Of a stretch of 64,000 nt of DNA, positions 17,021-27,539 are shown piece by piece. Source of the stretch: a virus. The notes beneath the pieces were generated by a model. The model ran no database searches and was not told the DNA's origin. It worked only from the letters and a program-made list of their open reading frames with translations. The position numbers and the translations under genes were made by a program. Every line of letters begins with the position of its first letter. Position 1 is the first letter of the stretch. The stretch covers positions 32,001 through 96,000 of IMG/VR virus record IMGVR_UViG_3300020042_011666; one strand, written 5' to 3'.

Positions 17021-17559
17021 AATTTATTCCATTTATTTTTATAGTTTATGTTTGATGCAGCGTATTGAGCATATTCGTTTCGTACAGGTTGTCCTGTATT
17101 ATATGCCCCACACGCTAGGGTCCAATCTTTGTATATGCTATGCCATGTACGTAGCATTTTCATAGATACCATAACATTTAAGTCAATATTATGTTTTAGT
17201 TCATTAATAGATACTTTTCTCCCTGCAAACTTGTGAGCATATCTAGGAATAATTTGCATCGGCCCAACAGCTCCTGAAGATGATGTTAGAGATGGGTTAT
17301 AATTCCAATGTAATGGTCCTTTATATCTACTTTCTAAATATGCCACATTATAGGCAATATGTTTAGGTATATTAAATGAGTCTGAGTATTTCTCTAAAGC
17401 ATCATGCATTTGGACAGGGATAACGCTTAATTTATCGTTTAACTCGTCAGATTCGCGCTGTAATTTAATTACCTTGTATTCTAACCGGATATATAGCAAA
17501 GCTAAGAGGACGATTAAAATAATGACATACCATCGCTTTACCTGTTTAAAAATATCCAT
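17017..17559 (-). CDS. membrane-anchored lytic transglycosylase (SLT)
   Basis: AYLES, GAVGPMQI and AYNTG SLT motifs; N-terminal TM. Confidence 0.85.
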   Translation of the reverse strand: MDIFKQVKRWYVIILIVLLALLYIRLEYKVIKLQRESDELNDKLSVIPVQMHDALEKYSDSFNIPKHIAYNVAYLESRYKGPLHWNYNPSLTSSSGAVGPMQIIPRYAHKFAGRKVSINELKHNIDLNVMVSMKMLRTWHSIYKDWTLACGAYNTGQPVRNEYAQYAASNINYKNKWNKL

Positions 17560-17858
17560 TATTGTGCAACAATTTGTTTGGCATACATATTAAATATGGT
17601 ACGCCCTACAGTATCACTATACATTTGGTATGAACCTGTATTTTTGTCCATTATAATTAATTGATTGGACTCATCAATGGCGATACGTACTTCTTTGTTG
17701 GTTTTAAGTTTTTCAACTTTAACGGATGTAGAGGACATAGTATCCAAAATATGGAAATAATATCCAATTCCAAATCCTAAGATTAATGAGCCTGCAACTA
17801 AAATTACAGATGCTGCTTTGTTGATGTAGACCATAAGTCTTTCTTTAATGTTTATCAT
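17559..17858 (-). CDS. single-TM hypothetical protein
   Basis: TM followed by a small beta domain. Confidence 0.6.
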   Translation of the reverse strand: MINIKERLMVYINKAASVILVAGSLILGFGIGYYFHILDTMSSTSVKVEKLKTNKEVRIAIDESNQLIIMDKNTGSYQMYSDTVGRTIFNMYAKQIVAQ

Positions 17859-17863
17859 AACTT

Positions 17864-18154
17864 TTATTTTTTTAATTTTTCAATTGTTTCTTTAATTATT
17901 TTACATTCCTCATACTTTTCATATTCAATAAATGTAGGTAATAATTCCTCTAAAGTAGCACTAAAATAAGGGCGTTCAACCGTTAAATCAACTATTTTTT
18001 CATCCTCAATGATATGTACTGAAAGGAAATATATTGATCGCTTTTTTGTTTTTAGGTTACTAATGATAGCATCATACAAGGCTTCAGCAATCCTGATGTC
18101 TTTGGCTTGAGTTAGTTTTTCAAACTCGTCGTAGGTATTAACTGTAATTTCCAT
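17864..18154 (-). CDS. hypothetical protein with UVR-like C-terminal helix
   Basis: EYEKYEECKII motif. Confidence 0.55.
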   Translation of the reverse strand: MEITVNTYDEFEKLTQAKDIRIAEALYDAIISNLKTKKRSIYFLSVHIIEDEKIVDLTVERPYFSATLEELLPTFIEYEKYEECKIIKETIEKLKK

Positions 18155-18309
18155 TAGAATAAATCTAAAAATTTGTTGTTTATATTCTTTTCCTTCAACA
18201 TACGAAGCTTATCTTGTTTATCCAACATCTTTGAGGCTAACTTTTCTAGGTGATCTTGCTTGGTTTGATCATAGTCTTTTACGACTTTTTTATGTTTTTT
18301 ATTTTTCAT
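18154..18309 (-). CDS. small basic protein (not in ORF track)
   Basis: 51 aa MKNKKHKKVVKDYD...KFLDLF coupled at both ends. Confidence 0.55.
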   Translation of the reverse strand: MKNKKHKKVVKDYDQTKQDHLEKLASKMLDKQDKLRMLKEKNINNKFLDLF

Positions 18310-18941
18310 AAATGAGAAATAAATTCGGAAGCATCCTCCGAGTCAACAGTGTCTTCTAAACCTAAACGGGCAAGCATTTCTTTTTGGTAATCATCTAATT
18401 CCCAATCTACTTGTCCTTTATAAATAGATACATGGTCTTCAACCCCTTGAATTTGCTTATCACTAAATATATCCCCAACATGGGTAAAGAAACAGTTATA
18501 GCAAAGTAATTCTAGATTTGGTAATTTATAATTTTTCTTATTTTTGTCTTTAAAGTTCAATAATAAAGGCATTTTATAATCACTCATTCGCCTATCAGCA
18601 AATTTACATAAATTACAACACTCGGCTAAAAGCCCTTCAACAACTAACCTTCGTTTTATCTTATCAGGACCAAAACTATCAGGATTAACTCTACCCTCTA
18701 GTATGTCTAAAAGGGCGGTTTCTTTTTTACCATTCTTTAAAAATTTAGGAATGCCTTTTCCTTGTTGGTTTAGCTGGATTTCAAATAGAGATTTATTTTG
18801 CTCTTCGTCCCTGTATAATTTAGCATATCGTTTGTAATGCATATAGGAACATCCCAAATAGCGGGCGGCTGCTCTATTTGATAAGGTTTTAGCCATAGCG
18901 GCTAAAACCATTTCTTTAGTCAAAGGTTTCGGTCTCGACAT
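18306..18941 (-). CDS. HTH plus HNH-like (degenerate) protein
   Basis: SNRAAARYLGCSY HTH; CNLC...LLLNFKD...NLELLCYNC with the catalytic His apparently replaced. Confidence 0.65.
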   Translation of the reverse strand: MSRPKPLTKEMVLAAMAKTLSNRAAARYLGCSYMHYKRYAKLYRDEEQNKSLFEIQLNQQGKGIPKFLKNGKKETALLDILEGRVNPDSFGPDKIKRRLVVEGLLAECCNLCKFADRRMSDYKMPLLLNFKDKNKKNYKLPNLELLCYNCFFTHVGDIFSDKQIQGVEDHVSIYKGQVDWELDDYQKEMLARLGLEDTVDSEDASEFISHL

Positions 18942-19329
18942 CGTCTACAATATCTAACTCTTCCAACTTAAGAGGCTCATCAGCCGTTTCCTCATCATAG
19001 TCTGAGTGTTTTTCTGATGGGGGTTGGGTAAAGTCTTTCATAGTAAGTGAAGGATCTTCATTTTCAAAACCAATAGACTCAAATCCGGGCTCAATTACTT
19101 TTGCCCTAGGGTCAATATAGTGTTTAGCACGTTGGTACTCATCATCCTCTAGAATGATTAATTCAGTATATGTATGGTCTCCCTCTCCTAATTGTACTGT
19201 AATGCTTCTTTTGGGTTTAGCATCCGAGCAGCTTACACAAGTAGATACGTTAGGGAGTATTTCTACTCGTTTTGGGTGAATTTCATCCCCACATTTTTTG
19301 CAATACCTTGCCATAATTGTTGTTTCCAT
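18916..19329 (-). CDS. DksA/TraR-type C4 zinc-finger protein
   Basis: CKKCGDEIHPKRVEILPNVSTCVSC; acidic tail. Confidence 0.7.
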   Translation of the reverse strand: METTIMARYCKKCGDEIHPKRVEILPNVSTCVSCSDAKPKRSITVQLGEGDHTYTELIILEDDEYQRAKHYIDPRAKVIEPGFESIGFENEDPSLTMKDFTQPPSEKHSDYDEETADEPLKLEELDIVDDVETETFD

Positions 19330-19338
19330 ATAACTATA

Positions 19339-19734
19339 TTAATTTTTTGAAAAACGTTGACCTACTATAGCCCACAAATCTTCAAATGTTCTTATAAATG
19401 TTTGATTCCCTTCCTCATCTTCATCATAAGGGAACTCGTTTCCGTCATCATCTTTATTTCCATACAAATAAAACATGATTGCGCTTGTAATTTCTTCACC
19501 ATAATTCATTGCAATTAAATTTTCAATTACAATAAAATATGGCTCACTATATGATGTAAAATCAATGTTTGTTATTTCAGCCAGTTTATAATCTCGGTCA
19601 ATAACTGATTCTATGTTTTCTAGTATGAACTGTAGTTTTTCTTTTTCAGTAGAGGCATCTATTTGGGATGAAATAGTAACTTTATCTCCAAAAACATCTT
19701 TAAAAAAATCGTCAATATCTTCTAAATCAATCAT
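19339..19734 (-). CDS. acidic hypothetical protein
   Basis: 131-aa ORF. Confidence 0.65.
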   Translation of the reverse strand: MIDLEDIDDFFKDVFGDKVTISSQIDASTEKEKLQFILENIESVIDRDYKLAEITNIDFTSYSEPYFIVIENLIAMNYGEEITSAIMFYLYGNKDDDGNEFPYDEDEEGNQTFIRTFEDLWAIVGQRFSKN

Positions 19735-19891
19735 CTAACCGTATAATATAAAACAATTTTGAAAAATCAGCAATGCTCATTTGTTTGCGAGAGGAAAAAT
19801 GCCCTAATGCTTGATCTTTATTATCAAATTTACCAGTGCTGATTATTTCAGCAGTTTTGTCGTTTATATTATAAAAACCGTATTTCTTCAT
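19727..19891 (-). CDS. hypothetical protein
   Basis: 54 aa from MKKYGFY. Confidence 0.55.
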   Translation of the reverse strand: MKKYGFYNINDKTAEIISTGKFDNKDQALGHFSSRKQMSIADFSKLFYIIRLDD

Positions 19892-20196
19892 TGCTTTAGA
19901 TTTTTTACTATTTGACACAAATCATAATCTTCGTTATTAGCATAGAACTCAATTGCTTTATCTAATACCTCGTTTATATCTTCTTTTTTAACTCTTACAA
20001 CACTATCAAAATCAGCTATTTTAAATAATGTAATAATATCTAAGTTATTTTTAATTCCGTCTTCAATCGAATTAATGGCTTCAGTGTATAACATATCCAT
20101 AAATTTGTCTGAGTTAACTAGTGTTTGAAAATCCTCTTTATTATCGATTGAAAATCGTATAATTTTAGGTAATCTTGGTTTAGTTTGTTTTTCCAT
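19888..20196 (-). CDS. hypothetical protein with UVR-like C-terminal helix
   Basis: NEDYDLCQIV; resembles 17864..18154. Confidence 0.55.
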   Translation of the reverse strand: MEKQTKPRLPKIIRFSIDNKEDFQTLVNSDKFMDMLYTEAINSIEDGIKNNLDIITLFKIADFDSVVRVKKEDINEVLDKAIEFYANNEDYDLCQIVKNLKQ

Positions 20197-20223
20197 TACC
20201 TTAGTATTGATTGTTAATAAATA

Positions 20224-21021
20224 TTAGATAGCAATTACTTTTTGATCGGGGTATTGAAAATGGCATATCCCACTAACCATTATATTTTTATGTGACGGAT
20301 CACCAATTTTATCTATTTTTATAGCATCATATAGTTTTTGATATGTTGTTTTATTAAGTAAATGGAATTTAGTTAAATTATTTCGGCTAATACATTGTGC
20401 TAAAAATTCCTCACATGACCACCCTGGAATATATTCCCATATTTTCCCATTGTAGTTGTCAATAAATTTACTAGCTAAATATGTTTCATCTAAGTATGTT
20501 TTATCTGTTAAATAACTTGTTTTAGATACATCTATAAAATAAAAATTAGTTTGAGGGGTAAAATGATTTTTATCCATTTGCTCTAAATCAAAACCATTCA
20601 AATACTGTGTTTCATATGAAAAGCCATTTAAATAATAGAAATCAGCATCCTCAATTTCAATATCAAATACATCCTCAGTTAGTATAACATCATTAGCTGA
20701 TTTACATAGCCATTTAACCCCATTCTGTTTACAGTAGTCAAAAACCATATTATCTAGATCAGCCGTACCAAAATTATGTCCTCGATTTATGTCTGAAAAC
20801 AAACATGTTGATTTAGGGTAATACATAGAACATAATTGTTCTGTTTTAATTACTAATTCGGGGTCATTTTCTGTATTAAAGGCAAATATTATAGCATTAA
20901 ATTCATTTAATACTGGGTTGTTATATATCAAATAAGATTGTAGTACATCCAAATCATTTTGAGATGAGATATATCCTATTGTTCCGTAAGTTGACTTAGA
21001 AATTAGATGTTTTAAATTCAT
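20224..21021 (-). CDS. putative glycosyltransferase (GT-A-like)
   Basis: NRGHNFG, KSANDV; position in GT island. Confidence 0.4.
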   Translation of the reverse strand: MNLKHLISKSTYGTIGYISSQNDLDVLQSYLIYNNPVLNEFNAIIFAFNTENDPELVIKTEQLCSMYYPKSTCLFSDINRGHNFGTADLDNMVFDYCKQNGVKWLCKSANDVILTEDVFDIEIEDADFYYLNGFSYETQYLNGFDLEQMDKNHFTPQTNFYFIDVSKTSYLTDKTYLDETYLASKFIDNYNGKIWEYIPGWSCEEFLAQCISRNNLTKFHLLNKTTYQKLYDAIKIDKIGDPSHKNIMVSGICHFQYPDQKVIAI

Positions 21022-21610
21022 TTAAGGGAATTAGATTAAGTAATTTGGTTCTGTTTGTATCAAAATAATTCCAAGATTCTAAGCCTTGCTGTAATTCACC
21101 TGTAGGACAATGATTTATCTCAGGTCTATTGTTAAATATAATTCCACATCCGCAATCAGTATTAACAGTAATAAATTTATGTGAGTATTTTTGTCTAAAC
21201 CTTAACACGGATTTATAAACATCCCCATTCCATATACCTGAAACTCGAGGAACTAATGAATAAAGTTCCTGTTCTGGGTTGCAGTCATGTAGCACAATTA
21301 TTCCGTTGTCTACTAAATGATTTAAAGCATTTTTAATATCTTTATCTACTTGTTCTGAGTGGTGCAACCCATCAATAAAAATAAGGTCATATTTTATTTC
21401 AGGGTGATCGTTAATTAAATCAAAAAAAGCATCAGATGTCATTTGATAATTTACCTCAGGTACCATTTCACCTTCAACCCCAGGATCTACTCCATCTTTA
21501 TGTTCAGCTATAATTTCTCTAATATTTTGACCTCTATAAACACCTATTTCTAAGTAGTTTATAAAGTTATTTGCTTTAATTAGATGGTTTATAATTTCAA
21601 ATCTATGCAT
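20996..21610 (-). CDS. class I SAM-dependent methyltransferase (Methyltransf_24-like)
   Basis: YLEIGV, GVDP, DLIFIDGLH and IVLHD motifs. Confidence 0.85.
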   Translation of the reverse strand: MHRFEIINHLIKANNFINYLEIGVYRGQNIREIIAEHKDGVDPGVEGEMVPEVNYQMTSDAFFDLINDHPEIKYDLIFIDGLHHSEQVDKDIKNALNHLVDNGIIVLHDCNPEQELYSLVPRVSGIWNGDVYKSVLRFRQKYSHKFITVNTDCGCGIIFNNRPEINHCPTGELQQGLESWNYFDTNRTKLLNLIPLNEFKTSNF

Positions 21611-22472
21611 GTTCTAAGATATATTTAGCAATATTTTGAGTAGTTAAATTGTTTTTGGTGTACTCAAATATTTCGTTCAATATACAAAAATATTTTTGCT
21701 CATCAAAGTTATTTGCTAAATTCATTCCCTCTAATATCAATTCTTTAGGGAAATTAAATAAAGTATCTTTAGGACATTCCTCTAACCCAACAAAATAGGG
21801 TAAACAATAATTACCTAAAATTTCATAATGCCTTAAAGAATCCCATCCTGCTTTTTTCATTGTAACACCATAATATGATTTTTGATAGTCCTTATAGTAT
21901 GGGGTTTCACTTTTAAAAATATAGGTTTCAGGTTGACCTGGAATGCAAGTAGCATAGTCCTGAGTTTTAGTTTTGTTTGGTGTAGCTAATTTGCACGTAG
22001 GTATTCCAAAAGTAATAGGGCGCAGATTGGGGTGACTAGTTTGTAGCTCGCGTTTAAAATACAAGTGCTTGGCGTGTAACGCGTCAATTTCTGGTTCGTC
22101 ATTACCATCAATTAAAATAACTTTATTAGCAGGATAAACTTTAGATACTAAATCATAGTAATCTTTACACCTTTTAATAGCACCATAGATAATTAAATCA
22201 TAATATTGATCTTTAATTTTTTCCTCAATATTAGTTCTATTAATGTTATTTTCTCCAATTAACCAGAAAGCAGTCATTCCTCCCCATAAATGGGAAGGAT
22301 GAATTTTACCTTCATTTTCTTTATATAATGAAATAATTTGTGTGCTATCTACAACACTGTCACCAAATAATTCTCTTAAACCATAAAACACTAAGTCATT
22401 TTGATAGTCAGAAATAAACCCACCACTTGCTTGGGCAATACTTAGATGGTTGGTTATATAAAGGATTTTCAT
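21603..22472 (-). CDS. putative glycosyltransferase (GT-B-like)
   Basis: KKAGWDSLRHYEILGNYCLPYF. Confidence 0.55.
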   Translation of the reverse strand: MKILYITNHLSIAQASGGFISDYQNDLVFYGLRELFGDSVVDSTQIISLYKENEGKIHPSHLWGGMTAFWLIGENNINRTNIEEKIKDQYYDLIIYGAIKRCKDYYDLVSKVYPANKVILIDGNDEPEIDALHAKHLYFKRELQTSHPNLRPITFGIPTCKLATPNKTKTQDYATCIPGQPETYIFKSETPYYKDYQKSYYGVTMKKAGWDSLRHYEILGNYCLPYFVGLEECPKDTLFNFPKELILEGMNLANNFDEQKYFCILNEIFEYTKNNLTTQNIAKYILEHA

Positions 22473-23218
22473 TAACGACCAAATTTCTTTATGTCTTTAT
22501 GCATAAATAATCCTTCACCATGAGCTACTTTATAGTCTTGTCTTGCCCACCAACCACTTATTTTTCCCTCTAAATCAATTCCACCTCCAGCAAATTGGGT
22601 TACAGTGTCTAGGTAAAATTGTTTTTTAAATAAACAAGGATTATTAGTCCAGTTTCCCCACCTGCTTGTAGTTACAAAATAATCATTTTGTTTTTGAATC
22701 TTATCAGAAAATAATTCCTCAGGATTTTCTAACCAATGTATTGAATCTAATAAATGGGGTGAAACCAAATCCATTCCTGGGTCATAGTGGTTTAGTTCAT
22801 TTCCTTTATATACTCCTTCTGTAAATAATGGGAAACCAGGATGTGCTCTATGTCTGTATCTAACTGCTTGGAATCCATCATTTACTAGTTCTAGGCCTGA
22901 TGTCAGTCGGTTATAAGTTGTTTCTTTAGATTCAATTAATAACCAATCATGTTCTAATAATAATATATTATCTGTTTGAGTATTTTCAGTTAATTGGGTA
23001 AATCCTTTACCTATACCTATGTTTTCATCTAAGCCAATGTATGGGATAGAAAAATGGTCAGCTATTTGTTTATCCTCATCTGTTACCTCTTGAAATAAAA
23101 TAGTAACATCATTTACTAAATCAAATAATCCATTGATGTGATAAGAATGTAAGGTATCAATCAGCGTTTGTCCTGAGTTCCAGGATAATATTCCTATAGA
23201 GATTGGTAATTTTTCCAT
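22472..23218 (-). CDS. putative glycosyltransferase (GT2-like)
   Basis: ISIGILSW, ENIGIG, LLLEHDW and WTNNP motifs. Confidence 0.6.
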   Translation of the reverse strand: MEKLPISIGILSWNSGQTLIDTLHSYHINGLFDLVNDVTILFQEVTDEDKQIADHFSIPYIGLDENIGIGKGFTQLTENTQTDNILLLEHDWLLIESKETTYNRLTSGLELVNDGFQAVRYRHRAHPGFPLFTEGVYKGNELNHYDPGMDLVSPHLLDSIHWLENPEELFSDKIQKQNDYFVTTSRWGNWTNNPCLFKKQFYLDTVTQFAGGGIDLEGKISGWWARQDYKVAHGEGLFMHKDIKKFGR

Positions 23219-24078
23219 TGTTCCAAGATTAAATCTACTCGTTGAACCTGAGTATGGGCTTGTAATGTTTTTAGATATCCATTCTGTGCTATGAATTCTC
23301 TTTTACTATCATTTTCATTGTAATACGCGATTTTTTCAGCACAGTCTAATAAATCATCGTATAATATAATATCTTCCCCGTCAATAAACAAATCTTCTAA
23401 CATTGTTTCTTTAGGTAATCGGTCTGTAATTACTAGTTTACCACAAGCCATACCTTCAAATATTCGGCGAGTAATTTCACTCCACCTACTATGTTGAATA
23501 ACCATTTTACCTGAATTAAGGAATTTAGTGTGTTCTTTCCCTTCCCACCCATTTTGATTAATTACTTGTCCTTCATAATGATGGGCTAGCATATCTAGTA
23601 TTTCACTGCTGCCTGCTCCTCTAGAACTAACAGCAATATATTGTGGCTCAGTATTTAAAGAATAATGAATATTAGTATCAGCAAAATGTGTCCACCACAA
23701 GGCATTATAACCTTGTTGGTTATATGCATTTACTGAACGTATATCTGGAGATAAAATTAAATCAAACCAAGGGGCTTTAATTAGGTTTCTAGTAAAGTTT
23801 TGAGGGTCATCTCCTGCCTCCATCACACAAAAAGCACCTGTTTGTCTTAATTTAGATAGTACTGGGGATAAATGTCTACCCCAGTCCATATGCATTATTA
23901 TGTCCGGTTTAGTTTCTAGTAGTTTATATACGTTATCATCGACGTAATTATCGTTATTATCAAACAATGTGTATATAATAGTTTCCCATCCTCTAGATTT
24001 AAATTCATTAACTATTGAAATGGGAGTGCTCCATTTGTCTGTAGGACGGTGGGCAAAAATAAAAGCTATAGTACTCAT
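23194..24078 (-). CDS. glycosyltransferase (CgeB/Glyco_trans_1_2-like)
   Basis: RRIFEGMACGKLVITD...HTQVQR. Confidence 0.75.
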   Translation of the reverse strand: MSTIAFIFAHRPTDKWSTPISIVNEFKSRGWETIIYTLFDNNDNYVDDNVYKLLETKPDIIMHMDWGRHLSPVLSKLRQTGAFCVMEAGDDPQNFTRNLIKAPWFDLILSPDIRSVNAYNQQGYNALWWTHFADTNIHYSLNTEPQYIAVSSRGAGSSEILDMLAHHYEGQVINQNGWEGKEHTKFLNSGKMVIQHSRWSEITRRIFEGMACGKLVITDRLPKETMLEDLFIDGEDIILYDDLLDCAEKIAYYNENDSKREFIAQNGYLKTLQAHTQVQRVDLILEQWKNYQSL

Positions 24079-24998
24079 TTTAAAAATGTATTGTTAAACT
24101 GTTCCATTACTTTTTCGGGAGTAAATGCTTGATAACAATTACAATCCCAAGGTGGAATAATAAAATTATCTAGTATGTTACATAATTCTATATAGTTTGA
24201 GTAATAGATTCCTTTATCGCCTAATACTATATTGTGGTTTCGTTCAGGTGAATCTCTATAAGTAATAATAGGTTTTCCTTTAGTAGAAAACTCAGCAATA
24301 GCTAAACCAAAAGTTTCACCTCGCTCACGAGCATGAATCATAGCATCACATGTATTAATAAATGCTACTTTTTCATCTAAATCAACTGTGCTTTCTATAA
24401 AACATATATTATCCTCATCTGTAAATGGAGTTGAATTCATAAACAAAAAAGTAATATCTTTTCGTTTTTTAGCAATATCAACTACTGCTTGACGAGCAAA
24501 AGGTATTTCAAAGTTATCTCCACCATACCATCCTATTACAAGTTGGTTTTCTATTCCTAATTGGGTTCGGTAGTTAAAATTATGGTTAGGGATATTAATC
24601 ATGTAAGGTACAAATGGAAGTTTTCCACCTGACATTTCCTGTGATAACCATTCTGATATGTAAGCATACACATCCCCGTGAGGTTCATTGTGTTTGAATA
24701 CAGCATGAACTAAGTTCTTAGCATTTGGTACTAATTTACCATCATTAAATCCTGCTTTTTGGATATAAAAGGCATCAACATTTTCTTTGCTGATTATATC
24801 TTTTACTTCACTAAAATCATTATATAAAAAAACAGGAAATTGAGCTTTAAATTTATCTAAAGCTGATAAATCGGCTTTGGCATCTGAGATGATTATTGAT
24901 TCATTGCTTAAAATATCTCTATTTCCTAAAGCATAATCATATAAAGAAACCTCAGTACCTCTAATACCTAATTGATTACTGTGAAATGCTATTTTCAT
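24075..24998 (-). CDS. GT4-like glycosyltransferase
   Basis: RGTEV; GETFGLAIAE (Ex7E). Confidence 0.75.
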   Translation of the reverse strand: MKIAFHSNQLGIRGTEVSLYDYALGNRDILSNESIIISDAKADLSALDKFKAQFPVFLYNDFSEVKDIISKENVDAFYIQKAGFNDGKLVPNAKNLVHAVFKHNEPHGDVYAYISEWLSQEMSGGKLPFVPYMINIPNHNFNYRTQLGIENQLVIGWYGGDNFEIPFARQAVVDIAKKRKDITFLFMNSTPFTDEDNICFIESTVDLDEKVAFINTCDAMIHARERGETFGLAIAEFSTKGKPIITYRDSPERNHNIVLGDKGIYYSNYIELCNILDNFIIPPWDCNCYQAFTPEKVMEQFNNTFLK

Positions 24999-25621
24999 AA
25001 TGTTTCGTAGTAGGAGTTCTGTCTTTCCTGTCTTTCGATTGTCTTAGGGTGAATCAAAGATAAAGCATCTACTTCAGGTAAAGCAGTATATTGTTTAAAC
25101 CCAACGATCTTTTCGTGAACTTTATTCTCCCATTTAATCTCTGGGTTGTTTCTATAGACCCTACCTTGATAATCAGGGTAGTTCACTCTTCCGTTCTCTA
25201 CTTTCCAACCCCATTTCTGTATATGCTCCTCGGTGAGACCACTTACGGTATTAATCCTAGGAACATAGTACAGATCAACTTCGGGGTTAGCTTCGAGTAT
25301 CTGATGGAGCAAATCAATAAATTCCTCAGGCAAATACTCGTCAGCATCAATTTGAAAGATAAAATCGCCGGTACAGGATTCAGATAACTTATTTTTCCAA
25401 TTAGCAAAATGACCATCAAAATAACCTTCCTCTAGTCTTATTGTACCTTTAGAATTAAATTCTCGTAAATAGTTAAGAAGATAAGAGGAGGGCTCGTTCT
25501 TACTTAAATCAACTAAAACAACAATTTCATCTTGGGGTTGTTTATATTGCCAAAGATGATTAAGTAGTCTTTGAATCTCTGCAAATTCATTGCAAACTGT
25601 AACGGCGTAACTAACTTTCAT
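24995..25621 (-). CDS. GT2 glycosyltransferase
   Basis: VSYAVTVCNE, IFQIDADE, PDYQGR, VHE. Confidence 0.85.
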   Translation of the reverse strand: MKVSYAVTVCNEFAEIQRLLNHLWQYKQPQDEIVVLVDLSKNEPSSYLLNYLREFNSKGTIRLEEGYFDGHFANWKNKLSESCTGDFIFQIDADEYLPEEFIDLLHQILEANPEVDLYYVPRINTVSGLTEEHIQKWGWKVENGRVNYPDYQGRVYRNNPEIKWENKVHEKIVGFKQYTALPEVDALSLIHPKTIERQERQNSYYETL

Positions 25622-25622
25622 A

Positions 25623-26081
25623 TTATTCTGGTAATACTTCAATATACGAAAGACATTCCATAAAATCACCTTCTTCAAAATGTTTTATAGTACTCATATC
25701 CATTCTATACTCATAATATTCTCCCTTTTTACCGGGAAGTGGATATTTAGTTTTTTCTTCTTCTTTAACAGGTACGGCTTTAACCGCAGCCCATTTCCAA
25801 TCGTGTTCTGAAACACCATCAGCAAATACCATTCCTTGATTAGGAATGTTTACTACTGAGGGCATCCAAACAATACCTGTTTCCTCTTCCTCGCCCATAA
25901 GTGCTTTATATAAGTCAGGAAGGACAGCTAATTGTTCTTGAAGAAAATCACTATCTACTTTCATCAAAGTATTAGTTTGAAAACCACAGCCATAACAAAA
26001 GTATGTCTGAATTTCAGGAGTAATATCCTGAGTGTAGCAGGCATCCGAGCCGCAGCGTTTACAAATTGTTAAATTGTCCAT
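25623..26081 (-). CDS. zinc-ribbon protein
   Basis: CKRC and CYGC pairs. Confidence 0.6.
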   Translation of the reverse strand: MDNLTICKRCGSDACYTQDITPEIQTYFCYGCGFQTNTLMKVDSDFLQEQLAVLPDLYKALMGEEEETGIVWMPSVVNIPNQGMVFADGVSEHDWKWAAVKAVPVKEEEKTKYPLPGKKGEYYEYRMDMSTIKHFEEGDFMECLSYIEVLPE

Positions 26082-26265
26082 GTATGTGTTTTTTATAATT
26101 TTCTAAAGCTTCTAATGATGCTTTTCTTTCTATTACGTTAGTTTTAGATACATAATTATTCATATACTTGCCCAGAAGTCTTTCGTGGGTTAGTTTCTGT
26201 ACCTCTCTCCGGGTACGTTTAAGAAGGTATTTAAAGTTTAAAATAATTGTTATTAAGTCTTTCAT
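26059..26265 (-). CDS. hypothetical protein
   Basis: 68-aa ORF, packed. Confidence 0.55.
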   Translation of the reverse strand: MKDLITIILNFKYLLKRTRREVQKLTHERLLGKYMNNYVSKTNVIERKASLEALENYKKHIHGQFNNL

Positions 26266-27539
26266 TATAGTTTCTTTAATTGAGGTAGTTTAATTTGAAC
26301 TTGAGCTGGAAAATTAGGAACATTTTTGTCTAACATTTTACCTAGTTTTTCTTTCATTTTATCAAACGAAAATTCTGTTTTAGAACGGAATGCTTGACGC
26401 TTAGCTCCATCAGTGTAGTTTTTATAGTTTTCAAACACATCTTTTAAATAATGTCCTATCGTTCCTGTGTCGGGAGAAAACCATTGTGACTCAGCTAAAA
26501 TCATATTTGGTACTACTGCTGTTGGGTGCACATTAGTTAATTGACCTGGAATTAAAGATACAAACTCACCATTAAGATAATCAGTATGTCCTGACCAAGC
26601 TGTAGTGATAATAGGTTTTTTAACTAATGAAAATTCAAGTAATGGACGACCAAAGCCTTCACCCTTAGTTAAATTAACCATTGCTTTTACTTTAGGGTGA
26701 CTATATAATTGGCTAATTTCACTATCACTAAAATCACCGTGCAGTAAGTAAACATTAGGTACGTTTACACTATTAACGCTGGCTCTGATTTGGGCAATTT
26801 TATTTAGAATATCTTCTCGATCCATATATGATGCTCCAGCTCCTGATGTTTTAAGAATCAATGCTGGTTTTTTCATTTTATTTTTAAAGGTTTCATAGAA
26901 GGCTTTAACTAATAAACCAACATTCTTTCTATCCTCACCTACATCACCTTGCAACCAATGTCCTAAAAACAAATAAGCAAAATCTTCTTTAATTGAACTT
27001 AAATCAATATCTTTAACTTTAGATGTTTCTAATGGATAATATTTTTCAATATCTGCTCCTTCAAATAATACTTCAACGGGTTTTTCTAGTTTAATAATAC
27101 GAATTACTTGATTAGATTGTTGATCCTTCTGTTCAAAAGTAGTATTTTCAAATACCTGCTTTGCATGATTAGATGAAACCAAAGTAATATCCATTCTATT
27201 AACTCCATCAATCCATTCTGGAGCACAAACAGTAGTTTCAATACCTGCGGTAAAACCAATATTATATTTTCCAATTGGTTGAAATTCATTAGGTACAGTT
27301 ACCTGAGCCCAAATTTCGGGTTGTTTAGGTAATTGAGGTGTAGTTAACAGGTACTGCTTTAAAAATAACCATTCAACATGGTCTTCAATAAAGTTCCAAG
27401 GTGTATTACCCCAACGTTGTGGCATAATTTTTACCTCATACTTATCTAATTCAATAATTGATTTAACTAAATCACGAGAACGTGAACCATATCCTGAGTA
27501 TGTATCGATTGGGCAACTTATTACAAATAACGGTTTCAT
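26265..27539 (-). CDS. GT4-like glycosyltransferase
   Basis: SGYG, RKN and GEGFGRPLLE motifs. Confidence 0.8.
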   Translation of the reverse strand: MKPLFVISCPIDTYSGYGSRSRDLVKSIIELDKYEVKIMPQRWGNTPWNFIEDHVEWLFLKQYLLTTPQLPKQPEIWAQVTVPNEFQPIGKYNIGFTAGIETTVCAPEWIDGVNRMDITLVSSNHAKQVFENTTFEQKDQQSNQVIRIIKLEKPVEVLFEGADIEKYYPLETSKVKDIDLSSIKEDFAYLFLGHWLQGDVGEDRKNVGLLVKAFYETFKNKMKKPALILKTSGAGASYMDREDILNKIAQIRASVNSVNVPNVYLLHGDFSDSEISQLYSHPKVKAMVNLTKGEGFGRPLLEFSLVKKPIITTAWSGHTDYLNGEFVSLIPGQLTNVHPTAVVPNMILAESQWFSPDTGTIGHYLKDVFENYKNYTDGAKRQAFRSKTEFSFDKMKEKLGKMLDKNVPNFPAQVQIKLPQLKKL

